Shown one piece after another: positions 14,555-28,340 of a stretch of DNA of 64,000 nucleotides; within the stretch, counting starts at the first letter, position 1; each line of letters opens with the position of its first letter. Under the pieces are notes generated by a model, which ran no database searches, had not been told where the DNA came from, and saw only the letters and a list, made by a program, of their open reading frames with translations. The DNA comes from Camelus ferus (taxonomy: Eukaryota), in the NCBI RefSeq assembly GCF_009834535.1, contig NC_045697.1, positions 77,440,001-77,504,000 of the forward strand, written 5' to 3'. A program made the translations under genes and the position numbers.

Positions 14555-17500
14555 TAATCCCATAAAAAGGGGTTCTCCTCTTCCCCAAAACTGCCCTCAG
14601 ATACCTGTTCATTCCGTCTTGTGTACTTGGGCATTTTTTTCTGATTTGTCTTTGGGCGTGTGTATTTGCTTCGTTTTTGTTTTCTAATGCATGCATATTT
14701 CCTTACCGGCTGTTAGAGCTAAACTGCTACCAACTATAAAAATTCACAGCTCTCAAACTGTTCTGTGTGTGAGTGAATAGGTCTCATTTTAAACTAGCTG
14801 AACACTTCACATAAGCCTCCGCCTTTATTCTGACATGAGAGACAAAATACTTAGCTGATTAGCTTTATGTGGGAAACTGGGGAAACAGATGGCACTTTGT
14901 TTTTTTTTTTGGTGAAACTATCCCTATTTAAACCATAAAGGAAAAAAATCATCCTTCAGATAATTTTGTATAAGAACTCAGAGGTTGCTAAAAATCAGTG
15001 AAAAATAGGAAGGGAGTTGGGAACAAATGTGATTCTATCATTGTGAAAATTAAGCCAAGTTTCAAGTTAAATGTCCTCCCCATTCTCCCCCTCCCGCTGC
15101 TTCTGAAGCTCTGAGGCAGCTCCAGTTTTTCAGTAACAGGTGCATTGTAACTTTGAGAACTGCCAAGAAATGATAATATACCACAATCCCTGCCATGTTA
15201 AATGGGTTTTTAATTGAGAGGAAGTGGGAATTCTACTGAATGCAAAATAGCAATCCTGAGTTTTTGCCTGAAAAGCACCTTTCTCTGTCTGACTATTGAC
15301 TCATTTTATTTAATTCATTTTATTTAATCCTTATTTGGGTGGGTCTCCAACCTGCTGCTCAAACAAGACAGCCATTTCCATCCAACACAGGGCATGAACT
15401 GCCCTGATATTTCTTTCTTATCGTTTTGCCCTTTTGAGAAGGGATCTGGCTTCCAAAAAAGAGGCAGATTGAGTGAAACACAGTAATATTTCCAGAAGAG
15501 AAATCTCCGGAAGAGAGCACAAACTAGTGGGAATAAAGGGAACAGTTCTGAGCCAAACTGCTGATGCTGGGCTCCTGTCAGGCTCTCCCATAAAGGAAAT
15601 TACCGATAAGGAAATCAGGTGCTCTTGCTCAGAATCTCGGGACTCTGTCACCAGGCAGCACTCAGAGGAACAAGTGGGCAGAACCCTAGGGTACTGGAAG
15701 GAAGGACTGAATTCTAATTACCTCTGTGTCCCCAGCACCTAGAGCATCTCTGCTTTCATAGTATATACTCAGTAAATTCTTGCTGAATGAAAAAGAAGTC
15801 TTTCCCTGATTGGCTGATCACAAAGTCCTAAAGAAGAGCAACAAAAAGGAAATAACAAAAGACAAAAATGACCCCATGAACCTGTTACTCAGCTGTTGGG
15901 AGGCAGAAGCTTCTGAACACAGTTCTGTCGAGTGCACTGGAGCCTCTCTGGGGTGGGAGCATCTTCCCCAGAGTAGTTGGCAAGTGACCAGAATCAGGCA
16001 CTGCCCTCTGCCTGGCATGAGGGGAGATGGTGGGAGCCAGTGGAGAAGCAGAGCCTGAGAGAGCAAAAATAATATGGAAGTGAACTTTTACATGTGGCTT
16101 TAGAGTCCCAGGGAGCCAGGAGATTCCTGCTAGTGAGCGAGCCTGTGCCTCGTACTTCTTGCCACACTGCCTGTGGCCCAAAAGTGCCTTTACTGAGGCT
16201 GGCTGAAGAAATAAATAAATGATGGAAGAAAGAAAGAAACCTGAAGCCTAGGATAGAGACAACGAGATAGAGTCACAGAGTGGAAGGAACAGAGGTTTTA
16301 GAAGCAACACACCTCATTTCAAATCCACACGACCACTTAAATTATAGTGGAATATTGCTGAAAAATAATAATGCCCCCTCTCAGGATTGTTGTGGGGAAT
16401 CACAAAGGGGTTAACATGGGCAATGCACCTACCACAGAGGCTAGTGGATTGTGCTTAATAAATGTCCTCTTGGCTCCATGTCTTGGCTAAATCTCTTTGA
16501 TCAAATGGTATCACAAGATGCCTTATTTGAGCACTGCAGTGACGTGGCACAGACCTCATGGAGGGTGGAATGTCTGGATGCCACTCTGTGACTCTCTGCC
16601 TCTTGCTCCCTTGTTCCTTGCAAGTCGCAGGTTTAAACCCTCTACTTTTCACTCCATGTCTCATGTTAGCTGATAACTGCCTGGGTCACACCCTATGCTC
16701 CCTGCATTTCAGAGGATAGCATTCCTCATCTCTAAATAGATACGGTGCCATCATCTATTTTTCCCCCTAATAAAATTCTACTTGCTTTATTCCTTGCCCT
16801 TGGCATTGAGACCTGATCCAGCAGGAAGAGTGCTTTGTGGTCCGATTCAGGTAACTTTATGCAGGGTTGTCTTGCATGTGACTGCTGAGCCAGATAAACC
16901 AAGTGATAGCAACTCAGAATTGGGTTTTCTGCTCATTTTCCCCCTCTCCCACACCTCCTCCTCCTGCTGCCTCTTCTTTTTTTTAATCAACTGAGTATTC
17001 AGTTAGCTTCTGTTTGAGCTACAGGGAATGCGGAGAGCAAGGAGGAAAACTGCCAGCAAGTGGCTTCTGAACTTTCAAGTCTATTTGCCCTGGAGGAGAA
17101 ATAGCAGTTGAAAAAGAACTGTTCCTGTTTGATGTCTCTACCTGCATTATTTATATGAACTTTCCTGGTAAATAGAGTGAGGAAGAAGTACAGGCCAAGC
17201 CTCAGAGAGCTGGCTGCAGGATGGCTCCTGGGGCACTAGTTAGCCAACTGGGGAGATCACTTTTAGCAGTCAACAGTGAAATCACTGATTTCAGCACCAG
17301 CCAAGGCTTGGTCAGCTTCCCAGTCATGTGCAAACCAGCGTAATTCCATGGTCAAAATCCTGTTTGTTTTTTCAGCCAGAGTTATGCAAAAGCTTTTTTT
17401 TTTTTTAATCTATCTGTAAAAAATTACAGGAATGATCTTTCATGCATACCACATGAATAAAACCATCCCCTAAGTACTCAGTGGTTGTTGGTCTTTGAGG

Positions 17501-19920
17501 GGTAGTAGAACTAGTGGTAAAGAACTTAAATTTTATTTTTTTTTTTGGCATTTTAATTTTTTAATTCAAGTATAGCTGATTTATAATGTTGTGTTAGCTT
17601 CTGGTGTACAGCATAGTGATCCAGTTTATATATATGTATAAATCTGAACATCATTTTCTGTTACTCTCCCTTGGTGATTCTAACAAGCATAATAGGCAGC
17701 CTGGGTTTAGCACCACTCAGCTAATACATGTAAAGTGCATAAGACAGAACTTGGTCTATAATAAGCACTCGCTAATCTCAGCTGCTACTAATCTTTTTAT
17801 TGTGGTTAAATCATTTTATTGGTAGTAACAGAGGTGGTATTTTCTAAATATGGCTTGGTTTCTTCAATAATAATTGAATTTCTTTTACACATCATAACTT
17901 GTATTTTTGTGCTTAGAAGAAATGTTTATTAAACATACAAAATCATATCAAGCCGATTTGAGTGAGTGCCCTTGTGGAACTGCAGCTCCAATATTTGTCT
18001 TTCTGTGACATCAACTGATAAAAAATTCCACTGAGTGCAAAGTGAGTCTCCTTGTTAGATTTCTTACCAGTAATATTTTTAAGAACAGCAAAAATAAGCC
18101 ACTTGAAAATGATTATTTAAATATCTTGTGTATTTTTCCTTATGTTTGGAAACAATTTCTTTAAGGTTTTTAAAGCTGTTGAGGCCATATAAGGGAATGA
18201 TAAATCAGTTCTTTAAATAAATTTACAGTTTGGAGCTAGTTGGAGATTTGTCCATTTTATTTGACATTCAATTTAGAAGTTGGAAGGTGGGACTTATTCA
18301 CTTATTTCAGAGTAGAGCAAGTAATTGATTATTTCCCATCAAAAGTAAATGGACTAATAATTTGGCTCAAATAAATTCAAAATCTTACTTTATCATCTAT
18401 AAATTTGCCTTCATGAAAATCCATTTGAAATAATTCCTTGTGCAGTATGAGTAGTTGTTTTTTTTTTTTTAATATCAGTAGTCTCCCAATTCCCTTCCAT
18501 CTGTAAAAAAGCTAAAATGTGGGCATATGCTCCCAGTACGCATTTATCAGTTACCTACATACTATATATAAACTAATATTGAGAACATTTACAACAGGTA
18601 ACACTTCTAACATTTTCTTTTCACACAGTAATGAACCATCTTACAGTCTCTAAGTGATATACATCCTACTTGGGAGAAACTGTTTCAGAGAAGTAGTAAA
18701 ATGATGGAATAAATGCTATATCCTTCTTCCTTATTAGCTCAGCTCTTTTCACTAAAGTATGAAGAGAAATGCAAAAGGATTGCTATTTTTTTTCCCCAGT
18801 AAAGCATAGTTATTTATAGTGAATGACTTTTCTCATAATGTGTAATGGTGGAAATAAAAATTGACCTCCCCAGTTGGCTAACTTAGCGCCCTAGGATCCC
18901 TCCTGAAGCTGGGTTGCGCTGAAATACTTCCATAATGGTCAGAAAAACAGACCACATCCCTAAAAATGGGTTGGGGGCTGGGCAAAAATTCTAAAGCTGT
19001 ATGGCCTGCTGTGGTCACAGTAGCTTAGGGTTTTTAAATCTAAATGGGCTGTGCCTCCACCTCATGTTCCGGGGGAACCCAGTGTTTCCCTCCTACATCC
19101 TGGAGGATGGCTGGGCGTGAGGACAGAGACTGGAAGGAAAGGCTGTGTCCACTCCGGTCCTTCCACTCCTCTGTGCCTCGCGTCCCTCTCGCGTTGTCCC
19201 TTCCCCACACCCCGTCACCTCACGTCCCCGCACTCGGCCACCTCACATCCACGCCACCTTGTTTTACTTCTCAAAAGAGCCAGTGCTTGGGCTGTAACGG
19301 TACCAATTTTAACTGAAGGCTTGCGGGGGGAAAAAACCCTAGTCACATTCACATCCTGATCCCACACATCAAGCAACTAGAACAAAACATTTTTCATTCT
19401 TGTGCTTAAAGGTTAATTAACTGTTCTCGGTGGAAAAGACCCGCCGTCTCTCTTTCGAGCGCCAGCCTCCCGCCTCCTCTCGGTTACGTTGATCGACACC
19501 TGATTCTGTTTCCTTGGTCTCCTTCAGACACATCCTTACATAGAACAGTGTAGATTGCTTCCTCCTCCAGTTCTGTTTTCTTGATCATATCCTAGGCTTC
19601 TCATTGTAAATTAAAAAAAAAAAAAAAAACCTTAAAAAAATTACTAAATAGTACACTGAAGTGTCTTAGTAAACAAAACAGTTCTCAGAAAAGAAATTCT
19701 GCCAACAGGTTAAACCAATCTTTCTGCTTTGTTTTCCCCTCCACAGTGCGAGAATGTTAAGTTTGAGATCGAAAAGAAGACCTTGGGGGTAGGTCCCAGG
19801 TGGTGACTACCTGAAGAGACTTTTCTTGAACCATCAGGCTACGAAGGGGCTGCGAAATTCCAGGGCTGGGGGTGCCCTTTCGGCCTGGTGGTCACAGGTC
19901 AGAAGTGAGGCAGGGCTGCT

Positions 19921-20030
19921 TTTTTTAAAAATTTTTTTTAGGGGAAGAGGTGACTAGGTTTATTTGTCTACTTATTTCTTAAGTGAAGGTACTGGGGATT
20001 GAAACTACCAGCTGAGCTATCTCTTCCCCC
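19921..20030 (-). mobile_element. Internally deleted Vic-1-like SINE
   Basis: GGTACTGGGGATTGAA...TGAGCTATCTCTTCCCCC, flanked by GGCAGGGC repeats. Confidence 0.75.
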
Positions 20031-22214
20031 GGCAGGGCACCGGTTTGAGAAGAGACCTTAGCAGGTCTGGTCTTCGCCAGTGATTGTAAGGTATTCTGTG
20101 GGTTGTTTTTCTCTTCTGTTACTAATAGTCTGTAAAGAAGGTCTTGTTAAAAGTTAAGAGATTGATCTCACCTGTGCTGAGGAAAATGTGAAAAAGGCCA
20201 GTCCTGCTTTTCTGGTGAAGTGGTACAGTGAGTGGCAGGTTGGAGGGACGTCTTCCACAAGCACCGTGACTTCATCGTGGTATGGCCAGGGTGGGAGGAG
20301 GAAAGATGACAGCCACCAATGCGTGAAGATGAGGGAGGCAGAATGTTCCCGAGTTGGTGGTCTAAAGTTAGGAGGGTCAAATAATTTGGATTATGAAGCA
20401 ATTACTATGTCTCCTCTCTTCTTTTTGTTATTGACTGTAGATTTTCTTGTACTAATTTATTTAGATTAATTTATATGTTGTCTCTTAATCCAGACAGGGT
20501 TAAAAAATCAAACATTGACTGAAGATGAAAGGATAACAAAAATTCTTTACCTGGAAAATGTCGTCTAAAATCTGTTCAACATTCCTAACCTTCTAGTCAC
20601 TTTGATTATGGTGGGGAAGAATAGGGACAGAAACTAGTAACTTACTAATATGTGTACAATGCCTGATCTGAGATATTTCAGCAGTTATTTTAAGAAGGTA
20701 GTTTTGTAAACTTGTTCCGGACAAAAAATTGAAAGGCTTAGTAATTAGCCTCAATAGCTAGAGAGCTTTTTCAGAATGTGCAGGTCAGTTTTAAACAACT
20801 GTACTTTCTTTCAACGAATTCTTAAATATTTTTCAAGAAACTCTCGAATTCCATAAAGCAGTTTAATGTTTAATTAAGCTTTAGTAGTAACTCGAAACTT
20901 GAGCAATCTTAGAGCTAGGGAACATAATGTTAGTTGCATTAAGTTATATATTTCTAATGTTAGAATTGGAATTAACTTTAAAGAACTCCTGGTTCTTTAC
21001 CAGGAATAGAAACAATAGCAGCAGCAACAAAAACTTTGACCATTGGAGCCCAATTGTCCCCACTGTCTATTTACTTCTTGCCTACAGGTCAGTACTTTCA
21101 TCCAGAATGCTAATACTACTCACCATGAAGGGAGTGGTAATATTAGGTGAACCAGGAATTCAGACTTGTTTAGTAGAGATTCTTCCTTAACAATAATGTT
21201 AATAAATAATGGCTTTGCATACCATCATTCCAGTTACATCCCCAGCTGTCCCATTTACTGAGACCCACAACAAGCAGATGACTGAGATCTGGGCTTGGAA
21301 GGATGAGTGATGTTTTTGTCAAGTGCCAAAGAAGAAAAAATTACATTAAACAGAAGGGACCTTTGTACTTCTTGAGAGAGTTTGATATATCTGAAAACAT
21401 TTTATTTTATTTTAATTTTATTTTTACACAGCCAGTGTTACTAACCTCTGAGGACAGTTGTGGAATAATGCGTGTAAATATGTCTTTCTTGTGGAGTTCT
21501 TTTCCTTAACATTGTCGTTCAAAACTTTCCTTTGATGCTAGAATTTAGTTATGTATAGAAACTTCAGTCATTTTAGCCAAATACTAGGTGGGAACTTCTG
21601 CTCTCATAACCTCTTGACCTTCTTTCTAAGCCTGGAGTTTGAATTGGTGTGTGCATCTGTTTTCACTTATGACCTTGATTTTCGGATTCTCCCAAGCCTC
21701 GTCAACCATGCTAATGTCTCTCAGTCTGGGTTTCCCATGTATTTCCCAGGATACTTAGTACATTGGAGTTTGTGTGAGTATGACAGTGATTCATGGTGTG
21801 CACTGATTTATTTGCAACCCCCCTCCTAGTGATAGGATAGAAGAGGCCTTTCAGAGAAAAGCACTATCTTCTTCCTCCATTCAGCACCACCTCTCAGGGT
21901 GCTATGGACCAGCTTTGTGTGTAGTAAGTGGATTTCATTCAGGAGGTGGTTCTTTTTGTGGGTGGTTGGTTGCTAGGATACAGACAATCCTAACAACTTC
22001 ATGGCAGCTGTCTTGTTCTTTAGCCTATGGTGTGTTGGTTGAGAAATAGTATTTTATTTTGTTCATGTCAATACTTTTCTGGTTAAAATTTCAGAAGCTT
22101 GAAGCATCTTTCTTCTTCCATAGACTATCCTTGTATAAACAGGTCAAAAGGTGAGAGATACATCCAGCTCAGCACTCATAGTACATGGCCGCTGACATGA
22201 ATCCTCTGCATTTT

Positions 22215-22379
22215 TTTAAAATCCAAGTTTAGTTTTATAGCTGGCACTCTTTTTTTTGGTGGGGGAGGGGAGAGGTAATTAGATTTAGTATTTTTTTAGA
22301 GGAGGTACTGGGAATTGAACCCAGGACTTTGTGCATGCTAAGCATGCACTCCATCACTTGAACTATACCCTCCCCATTT
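22215..22379 (-). mobile_element. Vic-1-like SINE with extra 3' tail
   Basis: A/B boxes on minus strand; TSD TGAATYCTCTGCATTTT at 22198 and 22380. Confidence 0.88.
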
Positions 22380-24150
22380 TGAATTCTCTGCATTTTGAGT
22401 CCTTCCCTTATGAGGTTTAGAAACATACCCAGAGGCAGAAGCTACCAGGGATCTTCTGGTGTTTTTCTCCTTCCCTCTGAAGGACACGATTATTCTGTTT
22501 ACCACTGGAGTTTCAACGCAAAGGAATTTCATCTTTCCCTGGTTTGCAGAGAAATTGTGAAGGTTATTATCATTAATGTTGATTTACCCAGTGTGTGGAA
22601 ATGTGTATCTTTTAGATTGAAGCAACATTGTTGAGAATTTTAAAAACTCTAAGGGGATCAAAAATCTTACTATTTTGAAAAACATATTTGAAAGAATTTC
22701 TGAATCTTCTCTGTTTTTGGCTATTCTAATGGATCATGGCAAACATTTCACATAAAAGGGAAAAAATAAGGTATGTGAAGAAAAATTTCCGTTGTGAATC
22801 TCAACGCCTTTAAAAAGTACCCAGCAATGCCTCTGAGAGGACAGTAGGAGCTTGTCTTTCAATATTAATGTATTCTCTTCTGGAACAGAAAACTGAACTG
22901 ACACACCCTCTGCATGGATATCCCTCTTTGATGTAGGCTGTGTTAACGCATAAGAAATGACCGGGTTTTATTACTTTCCATAGACAGGATAACATGCCGT
23001 TTTTCAAACAAAGAATACATTTTAGACAGAGCGAATTGTGATTGGTGCTTTACACAAGTGGACTGATCTCATCACAGGAAAAACTGGCATGGTTTGGGAC
23101 AGGTGTGGTTCCAGTGTCCCGCTTGCTTGTGGCCTTGCCTTGCACAAAGGCACTCTCTCACTCCTAGTCAGTGCTCCGTACCCAGCAGGTACTGTTAAGC
23201 CTCAGCTTTTGAAATTGATAAGGTCCAATTCTGTAGCTGAAATGTGTTGCTAGTACTTACCTCACAGGATTGTTACAAAGACTAAATTCTTATAAGGTGC
23301 TTAGGATCTTGCCTGGTACATAGTGAGTTCCCTGTCAATATTAGCTGTTACTCTACCAAATACCATAACCTGAGGTGTATTAGAAACACCTTTGCTTAGT
23401 GCAATTTTTCTAATACCTATTTCTTCAAATTTTCAACAATTAGAGAAATCTGAAGTTGGTTTTTTGGCATGAGCCAAGTCCTAGCAATCATCTCACCCAG
23501 GGTATTCTCTGTGATTTGTTTCTATTTTGGGTGATAATGTATGGCACAGAATCCCCAATTAATTATCTTTTGTAAGTAATTATTCTTATGGCTTGTCACA
23601 TATGCCTTTAACATTCCAAGGAAATTATATGAAGTATTTTTTTCCTCTGTATTTATATAGCAATAGACAGAGCTAAGGCCCAGAAATTAGCATTGGTCAG
23701 AGTGGGATTAATAAGAACAACAGAATTGGACTCAGGAAAAACCTGAATTCCAGTACTTCATTTACTTTTGTGTCTGTTTGTCTAAAACACTCAGAATGAG
23801 GTATCTATAGGCAAATATTTATTTGTTTAATAACAAAATTGCAATTTGAGGAACATTCTTGTAAAGGTAGTAAAAGGAGAAGATAATTGTGTTAGTTATA
23901 AATGAGACCAACACCAAATTTTGTACCATTAATACATTTTTACAGGTTTAATCAAGTGATTAATTTTGTAGACTTCTTTCAGAGAGTTGAGCTTTTGATG
24001 TCATTTGGGGGAGGTTGTTTGTTTTAGGTTACTGTTTTATTTCTGTAGCAGAGCTTATAATGACATAGTATTGATTTGGTATTTGAAGTTTAGAGAAGCA
24101 GGGAGAAAGAAACATTTCACAGAAAATCGGGGTTGAGATGAATAAGATCT

Positions 24151-24273
24151 GGGGGGAGGGGATAGCTCAAGTGGTAGAGTACATGCCTCGCATGCACGAG
24201 GTCCTGGGTTCAATTCCAGGTACCTCCTCTAAAAATAAATAACAAACCTAATTACCTCCCAGCCCCCCCCAAA
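24151..24273 (+). mobile_element. Vic-1-like SINE
   Basis: TAGCTCAAGTGG A box, GGTTCAATTCC B box; perfect TSD ATGAATAAGATCT at 24138 and 24274. Confidence 0.92.
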
Positions 24274-24869
24274 ATGAATAAGATCTGTTTATGGATTTAT
24301 CACAAGCTTAGGCTTCTATACAAAAATGCTGCAAACAAGGAAACTACTGAATTGTGTAAGACAGGCAGGTTAAGAATTGAGCTGATAAATGTTAGATTAG
24401 AAAGGACCTTCAAAATCATCTAGCCAACTGCCTCATGTTACTGATGAGAGGCTGAAATCCAGAGAGATGAAGTGACTCATCAGGATCCTAACAGAACTAG
24501 AACTCGGGACCCTCAACTCCTATTCTACAAAACTTACCAAGTGTATGCTTCCTGCCACGATTGTTTGTTGAAAGCCTACCGATGTAATATTTCATTACTT
24601 CTTTCTATTGAAAAGTATTAATAATGTTAAGTTGGTTTAGGGAAAGTCTCCTACTAGCTCTCTATGTTGGAAGCACTTTGAATGTAGGACTAAGATTTTC
24701 TTTTATTAAGGCACCAATGACACCAATGAATTAATTCAGATCAATTCAACAAATATTTATTCAACATCATTTACGTGTTTAGACTGAGAGTGATGATGGG
24801 TGGGTCCAATCACCTAGGGTATCCTGAGGGGACAGGGAGGTTCCCAGCTTAGAGGGTGAGGTGTGCAGT

Positions 24870-27050
24870 TTACCTGATGACATATGGACCATATTAGTTG
24901 ATTTTATCAAAACTAACTCCTACACAATTTAACAAGTGGCTTCAAAACCCTCTGCAAAGAAAGTAAAGATGGCAAACAATGCTAATAATGCAACCTCAAG
25001 AGGATAATGAGGGAACTGACCCTTTATTACTAGAATAAGTTCTCTGTTGGCTGAATAAAGGATAAAAACATTTAGATTTGACAAAAAAACAAGGCAAAAA
25101 AGAAATTAACAAGAAGATATCCTAAAAATGGATTTATGCTTATTATTAGTGATAAGCTTGCAACAAGTATAAGATTTGCCTCAAAACGATAGCTAATGGT
25201 AACATGAAGCCATCAGAACAAGCAATATATTTAAGAATGAATATCCAGAATGTGAAAATAACTTTTTATGATTTTCACAGTTGTGTTCAAAGTTATGATG
25301 TTTCAGACTACATTTACTAAGCTTACTGATAAAAAGTTAGAAGGCTCCCTTGAGATTTTTGACATCATAGCATCCTACTCCCCTGCCATGGTGAAACATG
25401 CTAAAATAATACACAGAAAACCACGTGACCACAGATTAATTGTGTTCTTTTTTTCAGCAAACACTACTGAAAACTTCACAGAAAGCATTACTAAAATTTT
25501 AAAGAAATAAGTATTAGAAAAATTATACAGTTTGAGTGAGAGTAGAAGGTGTTTCTGATATATCTCATCTTATGGTATTTCTGAGAAACTAATAGTGAAC
25601 ATTTACTGAGAACTCAGTATATGTCAGAGAAAAGTCTAGGGCCTTGGCATGAATTAATTTATTTAGTCTTCATAATAATTCTATTAAGTTAAGTCCTATT
25701 ATCATCTCCATTTCCAAGATGAAGACACCTATGCACAGAGAGGTTGAGTAATGAGCTGAAGGTCAGACAGCTAATTAATGGTGGAGCCAATAAAGAGTCA
25801 ACATGGATGTTCTGTCTTCAGTGCCAGTGATCCTAGCCACTCTTGTATTTGCCTCTCTATTTCAACAATGAAATGCACAAGGAACTGAGATACTTTTTCG
25901 GTAGCCAGTAAAGGAAAAATACACCAGAGAAGACATTTTCTTAATAGTTCATGGCTTCTTTCTATATTAACAAATCTATCATGAAAAAAAGTATACATGT
26001 ACTCAGTGGCAGTGGAGCCACTATATTTCCTGGACCATCAACAAAAAGGATTCTTGGGTGAGATGACAGAGGGCCCTATAATACAGCTCACCACAGTCTC
26101 TCAGGGAAAAGACGCTGAAACTGATATTGCACAAAGTGCTGTGGGATGTCACTGGTGTCATCTCTCCTTGTTTTTATTACAAGACTAAACTAGATTCCTT
26201 GTAATACTTTGTATTGAATGAAGAGTAACCATGAACATATTTGTCACACCTGCTTCCTGCAGAGTATCTTATGAGAACAATCAAATGCTACATATTTTTT
26301 CTTTTTAAAAAGGGACAAGTGTTTCAGATTCTTTGATCTTTTCTGTGATGATAAATAGATGTCACTGGTATACTACTCAAAAAATAACTAAAACAACAGA
26401 ATTTTATCCCTCTCAGTTAAAGGTGATATTCTAATAATGAGTGAGAAAGTGACTTGCTGGTGGTAGAAAATTTATGATGGAGAGAGCAGTTTGAAAACTG
26501 ATGATGGTAATGTTTCTATTGCTATGTGATTTAGTTGTTGAGTCAATGTCAATGTATTACTTATTAAAAACTCTCATGTCTACGTTCTTAAAAAATTCCT
26601 ATAAATAGAATTTTTCAAACTATTTTTTAAAAATTCTAAAGAAAGAATTTTTGTCTCTTCAGTTCCATTTGCTGAAAATATAAAATGCAACACCTTCTGG
26701 TTAGTTTGCATTTATTGATTAAAATACAAGAAGGAACATTATGCTGTGCCACAGAAATTGATGCAACATTGTAAGCTGACTATACTTGAATAAAATTTTT
26801 TTTAAATACAAGAAGGCAGAAATTTGCTAGGCTAGTTGAAAAACTAGTTGTGATTTTGCAAATATAGCCAATGAAGTATTTCTTGTATTTGATATAGATA
26901 TAATTGTGAAATATCTTTTTTTTTTTTTGGTCTGTAATGGTTATCAAAGACTAAATATTAAAACATATTGAATTTTAGACCAAATTTTTAAATTCCTATA
27001 TCAAATTCAATCTTCTCAATAAATGCAAATGAATCAGAAGGTGTTGTGTA
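24870..27050 (+). mobile_element. Degenerate Charlie1-like hAT transposon, interrupted by MIR and a short L1 tail
   Basis: AAGTGGCTT..., TAGCTAATGGTAACATGAAGCCATCA (ANxxMKPS motif region), TTCAACAATGAA...GAGAAGACATTTTC resemble recalled Charlie1 transposase DNA; many stops. Confidence 0.7.
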
Positions 27051-27399
27051 AACTAATTTTTAACATGCAGAGGGACTTTTGGGGCTTGGGACATCTGCAA
27101 CTGGAAATGCCCAGCAGAGAGTGGAGAATATAGGGACAAAACTCGGAGAACAGGTCAAGATAGTGATTTCTGAGTCTTGCCGTGTGTGTGAAACATCTGG
27201 AAAAACTTTTCTGATGCTTTAGTGTTGGGGAATGCATTTTAGTCTGGTAACATTAGTCTTTAAATAAAATTGAGTGTAATTTATGCTGAAAGCTGAGGGA
27301 TATTTAAACATGCTTATTTAAGATGAAAGATTATCTACAGCACAGGAACCTTCCAACAGCATTCACTGTTCTGCAAAACTGCATTATTATGAGGGTTTT

Positions 27400-28058
27400 T
27401 TTTTTAAAGTTATACTGAGCTGTGGTATTAGCCAAGCAATAGACACATAAATTAATGAAACAGACTAGAAAGTCCAGAAATAGAGTTACATAAATGTGGT
27501 CATTTGATCTTTGACAAAGCAATTCAATAGAGAAAGGATAGTCTTTTCAACAAATGACATTGAATCAATTAGACATCTACGAATAAAATAATGAAACTCA
27601 ACCTAAACCACACACCTTATACAAAAAGATTAACTCAAAATGATCATAGACTAAATTTAAGGTGTAAAAGTCTAAAACTTTCAGAAGAAAACATAGAAAT
27701 CTTTGTGTCCTGGGGTTAAGAGTTCTTAAGAAATGGTACCAAAAGCAAGATAAACAAAAGAAAAAAATTGATAAATTGTACCTCATCAAAATTAAAACTT
27801 TTCTCTACCAAAGGCACTGTCAAGAGGATGAAAAGACATGCTGCTTGCTGGAAGAAAACATTTGCAAAGCACATGTCTGACAAAGGACTTGTATTGAACA
27901 TATATTTTTTTCAAAACCTTTCAAATGCAACAATAAGAAGATAAATAACCTACTTTAAAAATGAGCAAAAGACTTAACAGATATAAGGTTGATAAATAAG
28001 TCCATGAAAGGTTATAAGGATGATAAATAAGTCCATGAAAAGATATTCAACATTATTA
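27400..28058 (+). mobile_element. L1 ORF2 3' fragment
   Basis: TTGATCTTTGACAAAG, TCTTTTCAACAAATG, TTAACTCAAAATG; truncated at the MLT1 LTR. Confidence 0.88.
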
Positions 28059-28059
28059 A

Positions 28060-28340
28060 CTGTTTTAGGCTGAATATGGCCCCCCAATATATCTAAATCT
28101 TAATTCCTGGAACTTGTGACTTACTTGGCAAAAGGGAATTCACAAATGTGATCTTGAGGTGAGGTGATTAGCCTGAATTATCCAGGTGGATCCTAAATGT
28201 AATCACAAGCATCCTTATGAGAGGGAGGCCAGAATTTCTAAGGAGGAAGAAGCCTATGGAAGCAGCGAGACTTTTGAAGATGACACACTGCTGGCCTCGA
28301 AGATGGAGAAAGGGGCCATGAGTCAAGGAATGCAGGAGTA
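28060..28340 (+). mobile_element. MLT1 (MaLR) LTR fragment
   Basis: TGTTTTAGGCTGAATATGGCCCCC...CTAAATGTAATCACAAG...GAAGATGGAG...AAGGAATGCAG. Confidence 0.8.

Noticed and set aside
24151..24230. tRNA-like sequences with A/B boxes (six copies)
   Set aside because: They have SINE bodies, A-rich tails and mostly clear TSDs: tRNA-derived SINEs, not tRNA genes
27983..28040. ~30-bp repeated unit resembling an array
   Set aside because: Only two copies inside an L1; a simple tandem duplication
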